Shown here in pieces: positions 43,979-52,067 of a stretch of 64,000 nt of DNA. The first letter of the stretch is position 1; each line of letters opens with the position of its first letter. The DNA is taken from IMG/VR virus record IMGVR_UViG_3300015606_001334, positions 224,001 through 288,000 of that record; one strand, written 5' to 3'. The stretch comes from a virus (taxonomy: Duplodnaviria > Caudoviricetes). Below the pieces are notes generated by a model, which was not told the origin of the DNA, searched no databases, and saw only the letters and a program-made list of their open reading frames with translations. The position numbers and the translations under genes were made by a program.

Positions 43979-46816
43979 TTATTTGTTAGCGAAAATAGAT
44001 CTCTTGTCAACTAAATCACCGAATGAAATTCCAGTACCTTTGCCACTCTTGATAGCATCAAGCAAGCCGTTGTTTTCTGGTTTTACTGTTTCAATTAGTG
44101 TCTTCAAGAGTTTGATCATTTCATCCATCTTGCTCTGTTCACCTTCGGTACCAGAGTTAATAGTGTTGACCAAATCTTCAAGAGAAGTCTTTTTCTGAGT
44201 ATCGTTTGTTTCATTATTTATCTTATCGGCAGATTGCTTGTTGTCGACTTGAGCAGTGTTAACGGTTGATCCAGACTTTTCAGTAGGAGTAGCATCCACA
44301 CCATCAACTGCTTTAGAAACGTCTCTTGCTAACAACAGACCGTCGATACCGACAGAAGCGGCAGTTCCTAAACCAGGAACGGTTCCAGCAACGCCAGAAG
44401 CGACTTCACCAGTTGCGCCGAGCCAATCACCTTGCATTGCTCGTTGGGCGCCGAATAGAAGGCCTGCTCCGATACCAAGCAATGGAATTTTCTTAAGCGC
44501 AGATTTTCCAACAGTTTTGGCTGTATCTTTAGCAGCAGTCTTAGCTACGTCGGTTCCGACGGTTTTTGCTGCATCTTTAGCGGCAGTTTCTGCGGCTTCC
44601 TTACCTACGGTTTGAGTTGCGGAGCCAACAGCCTTTTCAACGCCTTCTGCTGCGGTTTTTGCCTTATTGCCTGGACCTCCTAGCAACTTATCAAGCTTAT
44701 CTTTTGCGAAGTCTTTTGCGCCTTGCAGAAGTTTAGAGTTCTGCATAATCATTGCTGCGGCGATAGTCGCGATACCACCTGCAATACCAATCAAAAGCTT
44801 GATAATTGGGTTACCCATATTATTCTGCAGCTCGGTATACATCTGCATTAGGTTGGTAATTCCAGGACCCGCTTGCTGTGTTTTCTCTACAGCTTTTGCA
44901 GTTTTACTATTTGGATATATTGAGCCTTTTTGATCTTTCGACAAAGCTGCATCGCTACCCGCTTTAATTGCGGCTTGAACGCTTTGTCCCTGACTATCAA
45001 CCAATTGGTCAATTAGATATTCGGAACCAATGCCTCCAGCACCCTGAATTTGGTTAGTTCTCTTACCAATTTCCATGTAGGTCTTGCTCATGAATTCACG
45101 ATCTTCTTTGGTAAGTTGATCTTCACGTTTCATCATGACTGCGGCCATACGACCTGCATCAGCGCCTAGACCGACGGTTGCCATCAACTGTTGCATCTTA
45201 ACCGAGTTTTCAAGACGCTTATCGACCTTTTCACCATTGACCTTTTGCATGGTCTGGATGAACTTTGCGGCTTCCTCATTCGAACCAATAAGGTATCCAA
45301 TACGAGTCTTTTCAAGTAGGATTTCTTGAGTCTTTTGAGCACGCTGTTGATCGCTCAAACGCATCATCATCTTTTGAGTTTCTGCGTCGTTCATCAAAGC
45401 GCGGTCTTGCGCAACCAATTCATCAACTGAAGCTCCAGTCAAATGGGCCATTTGGTTGATTCTATCAGAATAGTTCGCAAATGCTTGATTGAACTTCTTT
45501 TCATCCTTTGGATGAACGCCCATCAACATCAAGTTGTGTGTAAATTCTGCTCCAGCTTTTAGTGCATCATCCCCAAATAATCCTAACTTAGCTAATGATG
45601 CTTTGTTATTCTTAATAATTCCTGAAATCTTGTCAAAGCCAAGCTGAGAAACTTGGAACATCATCTGCTTGAAGTACTTTGCAGTAGCTTCAACGGACGA
45701 GCCCATAGACAAGGCCCACTTGCCAATTTCCCAGTGTGCTCCACCCATTTGCTGAGCAAACAAGGTAGACATGTATTTCGCATAATCGGTAAATGCTTTC
45801 TTGAGGATCATTAGGCCGGAACCGACAGAGATTCCTGAACCTCCTAGCCGTTCAATACCCTTTTCCGCAAAATCCATCGATTTGCTTAACGCATAGTTTG
45901 TGAGGGTGCTTTTACCGATAGATCGGTTGAATGTTTCAATTCCAGAAACCGACTTATCAATCTTACCTCCGACATCCTTTAGGAAATCGGCTTTTCTAGA
46001 CTCAAGAATGCCTAGCTCGTATTTGAGCATTTCTGCACGCTTGCTATTACCGCTCTTAGCAGCAATAGTCATTTTCTTCTTTTTGTCGTCAATCTTCTTG
46101 TTGTGGCCAGCAAGCTGCTTATGGAAAGCATCGACACCCAAACCATCGGCGGTCAAGCCGTGGTCGGAAAGAGATTTCATAATCCCTTTGATGTTGCCTT
46201 CCTGCATGCTAGCGACGTTCTTCGCGCCAGTCTTAGCCTTTGCTCCTGAAACCTTGGTCAAGACCTCATTCATAGAGTCTTGCATTCCCAAGATTTCTTT
46301 AATTCTTCCACCTGTTGTGGTTGCGGTTAGTTTCTTTCCCTGTAGAGATTTAGTAGACTTTAGGACATCTGACATGTTGGTGACGAAACGGTCTTGGAAT
46401 CGTCTTCCCATCTTGTCATTTTCAAGAAGAGTCCTTGCGTTCTCATTCTGCATCTTTAGGAGTTTCTTATACTCCTTCTGATCCTTTACAATCTCTCCAC
46501 CTAATTTGGACATCGAGCGGGTAAATGCCCAAAGACCTGCACTTAGCTCAAGAATACCTTTTTCCTGATTCTTGTACAGTCTCTTATTTCTTTCATAATT
46601 CTCATCAGCAAGTCTCTGAGCTTTGCGATCTTGTTGTGTGCTGTTTCCTGCCCCAGGACCGCGAGGGTGGGTTCCACCTGGCTGAGATGCTCGTTGAGGA
46701 CGAGTCTGAGGGCCAGAAGAAAATGTCTTGCTAATGTTGTCAATCGCCTTTGTTAAGGTGTTTATTGCTCTCAACAATTCGGGACTGGAATTATTATTTG
46801 TTCCTGAAGGAGTCAT
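43979..46816 (-). CDS. Tape-measure-like tail protein
   Basis: 945-aa helical protein with hydrophobic Gly/Ala segments and KKIPLLG..GDWLGA motif; divergent from the gp26-like gene; late promoter at 46865..46871. Confidence 0.65.
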   Translation of the reverse strand: MTPSGTNNNSSPELLRAINTLTKAIDNISKTFSSGPQTRPQRASQPGGTHPRGPGAGNSTQQDRKAQRLADENYERNKRLYKNQEKGILELSAGLWAFTRSMSKLGGEIVKDQKEYKKLLKMQNENARTLLENDKMGRRFQDRFVTNMSDVLKSTKSLQGKKLTATTTGGRIKEILGMQDSMNEVLTKVSGAKAKTGAKNVASMQEGNIKGIMKSLSDHGLTADGLGVDAFHKQLAGHNKKIDDKKKKMTIAAKSGNSKRAEMLKYELGILESRKADFLKDVGGKIDKSVSGIETFNRSIGKSTLTNYALSKSMDFAEKGIERLGGSGISVGSGLMILKKAFTDYAKYMSTLFAQQMGGAHWEIGKWALSMGSSVEATAKYFKQMMFQVSQLGFDKISGIIKNNKASLAKLGLFGDDALKAGAEFTHNLMLMGVHPKDEKKFNQAFANYSDRINQMAHLTGASVDELVAQDRALMNDAETQKMMMRLSDQQRAQKTQEILLEKTRIGYLIGSNEEAAKFIQTMQKVNGEKVDKRLENSVKMQQLMATVGLGADAGRMAAVMMKREDQLTKEDREFMSKTYMEIGKRTNQIQGAGGIGSEYLIDQLVDSQGQSVQAAIKAGSDAALSKDQKGSIYPNSKTAKAVEKTQQAGPGITNLMQMYTELQNNMGNPIIKLLIGIAGGIATIAAAMIMQNSKLLQGAKDFAKDKLDKLLGGPGNKAKTAAEGVEKAVGSATQTVGKEAAETAAKDAAKTVGTDVAKTAAKDTAKTVGKSALKKIPLLGIGAGLLFGAQRAMQGDWLGATGEVASGVAGTVPGLGTAASVGIDGLLLARDVSKAVDGVDATPTEKSGSTVNTAQVDNKQSADKINNETNDTQKKTSLEDLVNTINSGTEGEQSKMDEMIKLLKTLIETVKPENNGLLDAIKSGKGTGISFGDLVDKRSIFANK

Positions 46817-46895
46817 TCGTGCTCACTCGCCGTTAAAGATAAATATCTGAAATAACCACAACCTTATTTATTGTTTTGAACATATAGGAGAATTT

Positions 46896-47699
46896 ATGAA
46901 TCCTCAGGTAGAAAACTCGTCTGTCAACCCGCTACTAGCTAAGGTCAAAATCCCAGGCCGTATCTTCCAATTACCATCAGCTGGAGCATTCTACAAAAAT
47001 GGCGAGCTAACCGCAGGAATCGAAAACGGTGAAGTGCATGTCCACCCAATGACTGCGCTCGATGAAATTACCATGAAGAACCCAGATATGCTCTTCAGCG
47101 GTAAGGCAATCTCCATCGTCTTCAGACACTGCGTTCCAGAAATTGCCAAACCAGAAGAACTATTCGCTAAAGACATTGATGCTCTCATGATCTTCCTTCG
47201 TGCTGTTACCTACGGACCACAGTATGAAATCGAGGCGACACACGATTGTGAAGATGCAAAACCACACACCTATGCTATTGATGTGGAGCAGATGATCACG
47301 TCGATGCGTTACCTTGACGAAGAAACCATTGAGCGCCAGTACTCTGTCACTCTCAATAACGGACAAGTAGTCAAGATGCAGCCAATCCGTTACAAGCACG
47401 TTCTTCAACTATTGAAGATGAATGAGAACAAATCTGTCTTGACGGTTGAAGATCAAGAGAAGAACCTCATTACCAACCTTCTAAACGTCATCGAATCTGT
47501 CGATGGTTATACTGACAAAAAGATGATCACTGAATGGATCCGTGCTATCAACCCACAAATGATGGACCAACTAGCTAAGTCTATCGATGATTCACAATCT
47601 TGGGGTCCTCAAACTGCAAGAAAGGTAGTCTGTAAGGATTGCGGCGAAGAATACGAAATTGAAGTGCCAATCAACCCAATAAGTTTTTTCTTCGTCTGA
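46896..47699 (+). CDS. Baseplate hub assembly / tape-measure chaperone, gp26-like
   Basis: LPS.G.FY, PMTA.DE, D.DA...F.R..TYG, C..C near the C-terminus, ends NPISFFFV; ATAAATA at 46839..46845. Confidence 0.7.
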   Translation: MNPQVENSSVNPLLAKVKIPGRIFQLPSAGAFYKNGELTAGIENGEVHVHPMTALDEITMKNPDMLFSGKAISIVFRHCVPEIAKPEELFAKDIDALMIFLRAVTYGPQYEIEATHDCEDAKPHTYAIDVEQMITSMRYLDEETIERQYSVTLNNGQVVKMQPIRYKHVLQLLKMNENKSVLTVEDQEKNLITNLLNVIESVDGYTDKKMITEWIRAINPQMMDQLAKSIDDSQSWGPQTARKVVCKDCGEEYEIEVPINPISFFFV

Positions 47700-47713
47700 T
47701 TAGAAGTGGTAGA

Positions 47714-47920
47714 ATGGAGCGAGTGCAAAGCTATATTGCACAGCTTGGCAGAGAAATAAGAATCATAATTCGTAATGCTCTTGAACTTTCTTACTTTTCT
47801 CGAGGTGCTTGGCAATATGAAGCCGTTTTAGAGATGACAGCAGGCGAAAGAGAAATCGCGGCAGAATTCATCAATAAACGTTTAGAGCAAGCGGCTAAAA
47901 TGCAGTACCCAGTCTTCTAA
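47714..47920 (+). CDS. gp51-like assembly catalyst; probably made as a -1 frameshift extension of 46896..47699
   Basis: Y..RG...YE....MT..ERE pattern. The frame is open back through the slippery T TTT TTC at 47684..47690. Confidence 0.6.
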   Translation: MERVQSYIAQLGREIRIIIRNALELSYFSRGAWQYEAVLEMTAGEREIAAEFINKRLEQAAKMQYPVF

Positions 47921-47928
47921 TCATAGCA

Positions 47929-47965
47929 CAAAAATAAAGGGAGCTTAAAAGCTCCCTTTTCTTTT
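47929..47965. terminator. Bidirectional intrinsic terminator
   Basis: AAAGGGAGCT-taaa-AGCTCCCTTT. Confidence 0.8.
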
Positions 47966-47973
47966 ACTATCAA

Positions 47974-48294
47974 TTATTTTTGCCTTGGTAATTCACCGTT
48001 CTTGTACTTACGATTGACCTCTTCTATTCGACGCTTGACAAATTCAGGATTCATTCTTGCTATCTCGTCAATCATGTCGCCAATCGTTTGAGGCATGCTG
48101 TTTGGTGGAGGTCCAACCGATGCGAAGTCGAAGAAATCGAGGTCCATATCGTCGAGAGGCATCGGCTTGCTATTCACGGTGAACATCCACTGGATTTCAT
48201 CTGGATCTTCTCCAATATAGCAAATTCTCCAGGTGCGATCAGCAATCTGCTTGTACCAATACCATTGACCAGTTTCAAGGATCTTGTTAGACAT
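47974..48294 (-). CDS. Hypothetical protein
   Basis: ORF overlapping the upstream gene. Confidence 0.65.
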   Translation of the reverse strand: MSNKILETGQWYWYKQIADRTWRICYIGEDPDEIQWMFTVNSKPMPLDDMDLDFFDFASVGPPPNSMPQTIGDMIDEIARMNPEFVKRRIEEVNRKYKNGELPRQK

Positions 48295-48478
48295 GTGCTA
48301 CACCACGATGATAGTCTGGATCATACTGGTAGAAGATGTCGAAGGCTTCGGCTTGGCAGAGTCCTACAAGCTCTTGAACGAGCCCCATGCTGTCGGTGAT
48401 AACAAAATCCCCATTGTTCTGTTCAGCCAGTGTGTAGGCGTTTCCGTCAACGGTAGTAAAGGTGTCGTGTATTTTCAT
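48287..48478 (-). CDS. Hypothetical protein
   Basis: ORF in operon. Confidence 0.55.
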   Translation of the reverse strand: MKIHDTFTTVDGNAYTLAEQNNGDFVITDSMGLVQELVGLCQAEAFDIFYQYDPDYHRGVAHV

Positions 48479-48488
48479 GATGTCTCTC

Positions 48489-49589
48489 TCACATTGTAAT
48501 TAGTCTGTCAACTACTGAGCTTTCATCCCACACGCTGCGAGATTCGCTCATCTTTATCTCATTCGAGAATTCTGGAGGAATGATTGTACTCAATGAACAT
48601 CCATCGATACCATCATGCATAATCAGTCCGGTCCCGTTAAAGAATGTTCCAGTCTTCTGCTTTTCCCACTCAAAATACTGTCTCATAAATTCTTTATTAT
48701 TCGGCGAAATGATTTTTCGGGTCTTCTTCAATTGATTGACCAGATCAGAAAATAGGGTGACGTACTCTAATGCTTGTGCTTGTGAAACAATGTCAAGCAA
48801 CGCTGATTTGCCGTTAAGAATTGAGCTTTGGGAAATAGAACAACCATTAGTTGTTGCATGAAGAACCTTCTTAGCTTGAACTCCGTCAATCTTGAGTTTG
48901 GCAATTAAGAGGGCTCGAGTTTTCTTTGAATCGTTGAGGTAGTCTTTGGCTACCGGGAATTTGTCGATCTTTTCGCCGACTTTTTCGAGGATAAACTGAC
49001 CGATTGAATTCGTAATATCGAAGTCGACACCTTGTAGGATGATCTTGCGCAAGGCACCGGGCCAATTGGTTAGGCAGAATGGCCAAATTGCGAAGAAACG
49101 GTCTGACTTCTCTTTGTAGTAAACAGTCCAAATCTGTCGACTTAGAAGGATCCGAACCGGCTTGATGAATTGGAATTTCCTGTTGTCAATGCACCATCTT
49201 ACTGCTTCGTCAAGCTTTTCCTTCGCTACGCAGATTACCGATTTCTCATCAAAATTTTCTGGCGGATCCTCGATAACTTCGTTGAGTTCTACCTGAACGT
49301 TCGATTTAACAGCCGTCGTAAGGAGGTAGGTTTGACGGTCTTCCGGGAGGTCGTCAATGTCTCTAGCGCGAAGCTCGGTAAGTTTCTTTGAGACGTTGGA
49401 TCCTCGATGTTCCAACACAAAGTATCGCGCTAAAGCTTGATTTGTTTGGTTTCTACCGAACTTCTTGTTGACGACCGTTTTGTTGACGTAGTTCGCACCA
49501 AGCAACCAAAGCTTGGCAAAATATTCATCAGCTTCACGGAGACGTTCGATAGACTTAGCACGCTTTGGCGGCTTACGGAGATTTAGCAT
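48489..49589 (-). CDS. Minimal family-A polymerase-like (TV-Pol-like) protein
   Basis: VDFDITNS (motif A-like), QAKKVLHATTNG (motif B-like), LIMHDGI (motif C-like); start MLNLRK at 49589 with GAGGG SD. Confidence 0.45.
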   Translation of the reverse strand: MLNLRKPPKRAKSIERLREADEYFAKLWLLGANYVNKTVVNKKFGRNQTNQALARYFVLEHRGSNVSKKLTELRARDIDDLPEDRQTYLLTTAVKSNVQVELNEVIEDPPENFDEKSVICVAKEKLDEAVRWCIDNRKFQFIKPVRILLSRQIWTVYYKEKSDRFFAIWPFCLTNWPGALRKIILQGVDFDITNSIGQFILEKVGEKIDKFPVAKDYLNDSKKTRALLIAKLKIDGVQAKKVLHATTNGCSISQSSILNGKSALLDIVSQAQALEYVTLFSDLVNQLKKTRKIISPNNKEFMRQYFEWEKQKTGTFFNGTGLIMHDGIDGCSLSTIIPPEFSNEIKMSESRSVWDESSVVDRLITM

Positions 49590-49647
49590 GATCCCTCTTG
49601 TTGTTTTTATGCTCTTAGCATTATAAACTATCCGAGGGAAAAAAGAA

Positions 49648-49669
49648 ACAGGGAGCATTTGCTCCCTGT
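49648..49669 (-). terminator. Intrinsic terminator
   Basis: ACAGGGAGC-attt-GCTCCCTGT with a T-rich tract on the minus strand. Confidence 0.7.
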
Positions 49670-49673
49670 GAAT

Positions 49674-50327
49674 TTAAATGATGCCGCAGTAACGAGGATT
49701 TATTTCACTATCGACATGATCTATCAAATACGAGTAAGGTTGCTTGTAGAATAAAGCTTCCCAGTACTTAACGACTGGTACTCCAGTTTTACCCATCTTA
49801 GGTCTTAGGATGATATATTCGTATTTGTCCATCTTCAGATTTTCGAAGTACAAAGGTTTGATTTCGCCATGATCTTCAATGTCCAACCTAACAAGATTCT
49901 TAACGTCGTAGTTGAATTTCTTGTTTAGAACGTTTGCGATGGCTTTCGTATTTTCGACTTCAGTCAACTTAAAGTGCCTACTTTGAAATTGAACAGAATG
50001 ATGTAAAGACGGATGTGGTTCAACTAACTGATTTTTACCCTTGTTCTTTGTGTAGAAGTCGATTGTTGAAGACACCATCTTCGAGAAAATTGAAGATGCT
50101 AAAAGATTGTTTGATACACGAATGTTTTGAGTAAAGAGCTCTCTGGTTGGCGGAATGTAAACACCATTCCCATGCTGTCGACTATTGTATGGTGCGGCAA
50201 CTTGGTGGATTTTCTTATAGAGATCGAACGTTAATACAACCAGTCGTTCTAGATCAGCAAAAGATTCATTCGCAACCCTAAGGGCGTCTTTTCTCGCAGC
50301 ATAAGTTCTGTCTGCGTTACCTGACAT
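49674..50327 (-). CDS. Hypothetical protein
   Basis: ORF with AAGGA SD. Confidence 0.75.
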   Translation of the reverse strand: MSGNADRTYAARKDALRVANESFADLERLVVLTFDLYKKIHQVAAPYNSRQHGNGVYIPPTRELFTQNIRVSNNLLASSIFSKMVSSTIDFYTKNKGKNQLVEPHPSLHHSVQFQSRHFKLTEVENTKAIANVLNKKFNYDVKNLVRLDIEDHGEIKPLYFENLKMDKYEYIILRPKMGKTGVPVVKYWEALFYKQPYSYLIDHVDSEINPRYCGII

Positions 50328-50357
50328 TTAATTTAATTCCTTGGTTTCTTGGGTTGG

Positions 50358-50897
50358 TTATTTAGCTGTCAACCAGAAGCTCTTATGCTTTAGTAAGTCT
50401 TCAAGATGGGATACTTGAATTCCATTGGTCAACACTATGCGTTTGACATCGTCAGGAAGTTTAATGTCTTTAGTGACGGCAGTATAAATTGGGGTATTGT
50501 TCCATTTGAAAACGACAATACCGTCTTTGTTTACCTTTACGCAGTCCACTAGGACTTCTTCCATCCAGCCATAAATGTTTGAGTTGCCATGTAGAAGATT
50601 TTCAAGTTTATCAGCGTCTTTGTATGCTTTACATTCGACGATGAATCTGAAATTTTCTGGACAGTCTCTTTCATTTACTGGGACAACGTCGCCCACAAAC
50701 AGGTTGAGGGCTTCTTGAGAGAAGAATTGGCCAAATGCTCCAAAGTTTTGGCCACCTACTCTAGCGCCAGATCCTGGGGTTCTGGCAAACTTCATTGGCG
50801 CGAAAGCTTCACTCAGAATTTTCGCAACCTTATTTTCAAAGCCATTTCCTTTACCTTTGGAATTGACTCGTTTCTTTTTTGGTTTTTCTTCGGACAT
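50358..50897 (-). CDS. PD-(D/E)XK nuclease, Holliday junction resolvase-like
   Basis: NSKGKGNGFE..VAK.L, F.RTPGSGA, GDV, FIVECKAY. Confidence 0.75.
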   Translation of the reverse strand: MSEEKPKKKRVNSKGKGNGFENKVAKILSEAFAPMKFARTPGSGARVGGQNFGAFGQFFSQEALNLFVGDVVPVNERDCPENFRFIVECKAYKDADKLENLLHGNSNIYGWMEEVLVDCVKVNKDGIVVFKWNNTPIYTAVTKDIKLPDDVKRIVLTNGIQVSHLEDLLKHKSFWLTAK

Positions 50898-50899
50898 TG

Positions 50900-51406
50900 T
50901 TATTTTATTTCTTCGAAGTGTTTGTCAAAGTCTGCTGCAGGAACCACGAAACCGGAAGAGCGTGCATCATCTGCATCGCGAACCAAATAATCACCAGCCT
51001 TTAGGCGTTGTTTGGTATTCCAATCAGTGTAGATGTAAGTGTCTTCGCCTGAGTATTTGAAAGCTTCGTATTCACCAATCTCGCGATAGGTCAAGAAACC
51101 TTCAGCATCTTCTTTTGCGCCTGGCTGAATTTGCTCGTAAGTGCCTTGAAGGTCTTCACCTTCAATCAAATCGATCTGCTCGATGTCATCATGCAAACGA
51201 ATTACGTAATCGCCTTCTGCAGCGGTTTTAATTGATTGCTTCTGATTCTTCATGGTGACGTGAACTTTTTCACCCTTCTCAGCTTTACGAATATCGTACA
51301 ATTGCTTCTTTGTATAGGAAGCGATTGCGCCTTCGAATTCATCGAAAAGTTTCTTGTTCTTGCCGCCAGAGGTATCTTCAGATAGCTTCAATTCTTGTAG
51401 TTTCAT
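50900..51406 (-). CDS. Protein with two tandem GDY(V/L)V-type domains and capsid-targeting-like N-terminus
   Basis: MKLQELKLSE|D; AEGDYVIR...TYE and KAGDYLVR...FEE; late promoter at 51437..51443. Confidence 0.7.
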   Translation of the reverse strand: MKLQELKLSEDTSGGKNKKLFDEFEGAIASYTKKQLYDIRKAEKGEKVHVTMKNQKQSIKTAAEGDYVIRLHDDIEQIDLIEGEDLQGTYEQIQPGAKEDAEGFLTYREIGEYEAFKYSGEDTYIYTDWNTKQRLKAGDYLVRDADDARSSGFVVPAADFDKHFEEIK

Positions 51407-51444
51407 TTTTAACTCCAAATGAATGTTGTGTTAAGCTATTTATG

Positions 51445-51477
51445 CAAAAGAAAAGGGAGCGATTTCGCTCCCTTTTT
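51445..51477 (-). terminator. Intrinsic terminator
   Basis: AAAAGGGAGCGA-tt-TCGCTCCCTTTT. Confidence 0.8.
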
Positions 51478-51494
51478 ACGAAGGTTGAAGCTTT

Positions 51495-51962
51495 TTATAG
51501 GCTAGCTTCGATATCGTCGAGTTCTTTTGATAGATCGCTTGCAGACATTGAGCCAATTTTCTTACGAAGCTCTTTGAGGCGGTCTCTTAGCTCTGCTTTG
51601 TTTTCATTACTAGATCTTGCGATCTTGACGTTCAGATCAAGCATTCTTTCGAAATCATCTTTTTCATCTTGAGAAAAAGTGGTTGATCCTGCAGTTGAAA
51701 GAACCTTATTTTCTTCAGATTCTTCTGCACTATCAACCTTAGTTTCTCCCAGCTCTTTCTTCATTGCTTCGATTTCAGCATGAATGGCGTTGAGGTCTGG
51801 AGAACTAGAGTGTAGTTCTTTAAAAAGCTTTTTGATTCTTTCTTTTGCTTCAGGACCAAGATTAGTATTTGCTGCAAGGACGTTGATTTCTAGGAGCTCA
51901 TCGGCCAAAACGTTAAACACTTTTGATTCTTGCAAAAGAGATTTTAGGACTGGAAAGTTCAT
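51495..51962 (-). CDS. Hypothetical helical protein, possible internal head protein
   Basis: MNFPVLKSLLQE|S; AAGGAG SD; late promoter at 51985..51991. Confidence 0.7.
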   Translation of the reverse strand: MNFPVLKSLLQESKVFNVLADELLEINVLAANTNLGPEAKERIKKLFKELHSSSPDLNAIHAEIEAMKKELGETKVDSAEESEENKVLSTAGSTTFSQDEKDDFERMLDLNVKIARSSNENKAELRDRLKELRKKIGSMSASDLSKELDDIEASL

Positions 51963-52067
51963 GGATGTCTCCTTACAAAGAAAATATTTATCATTTTCGC
52001 GTTTGGTAAAGACTAAAATGTATCTTATAATGTACGTTAAGTGACTTAATGTTCACTATAAGAAACA

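Noticed and set aside
44500-44670. AAKDxAKTVG-type peptide repeats in the tape-measure-like gene
   Set aside because: Low-complexity linker typical of such proteins; no separate element.
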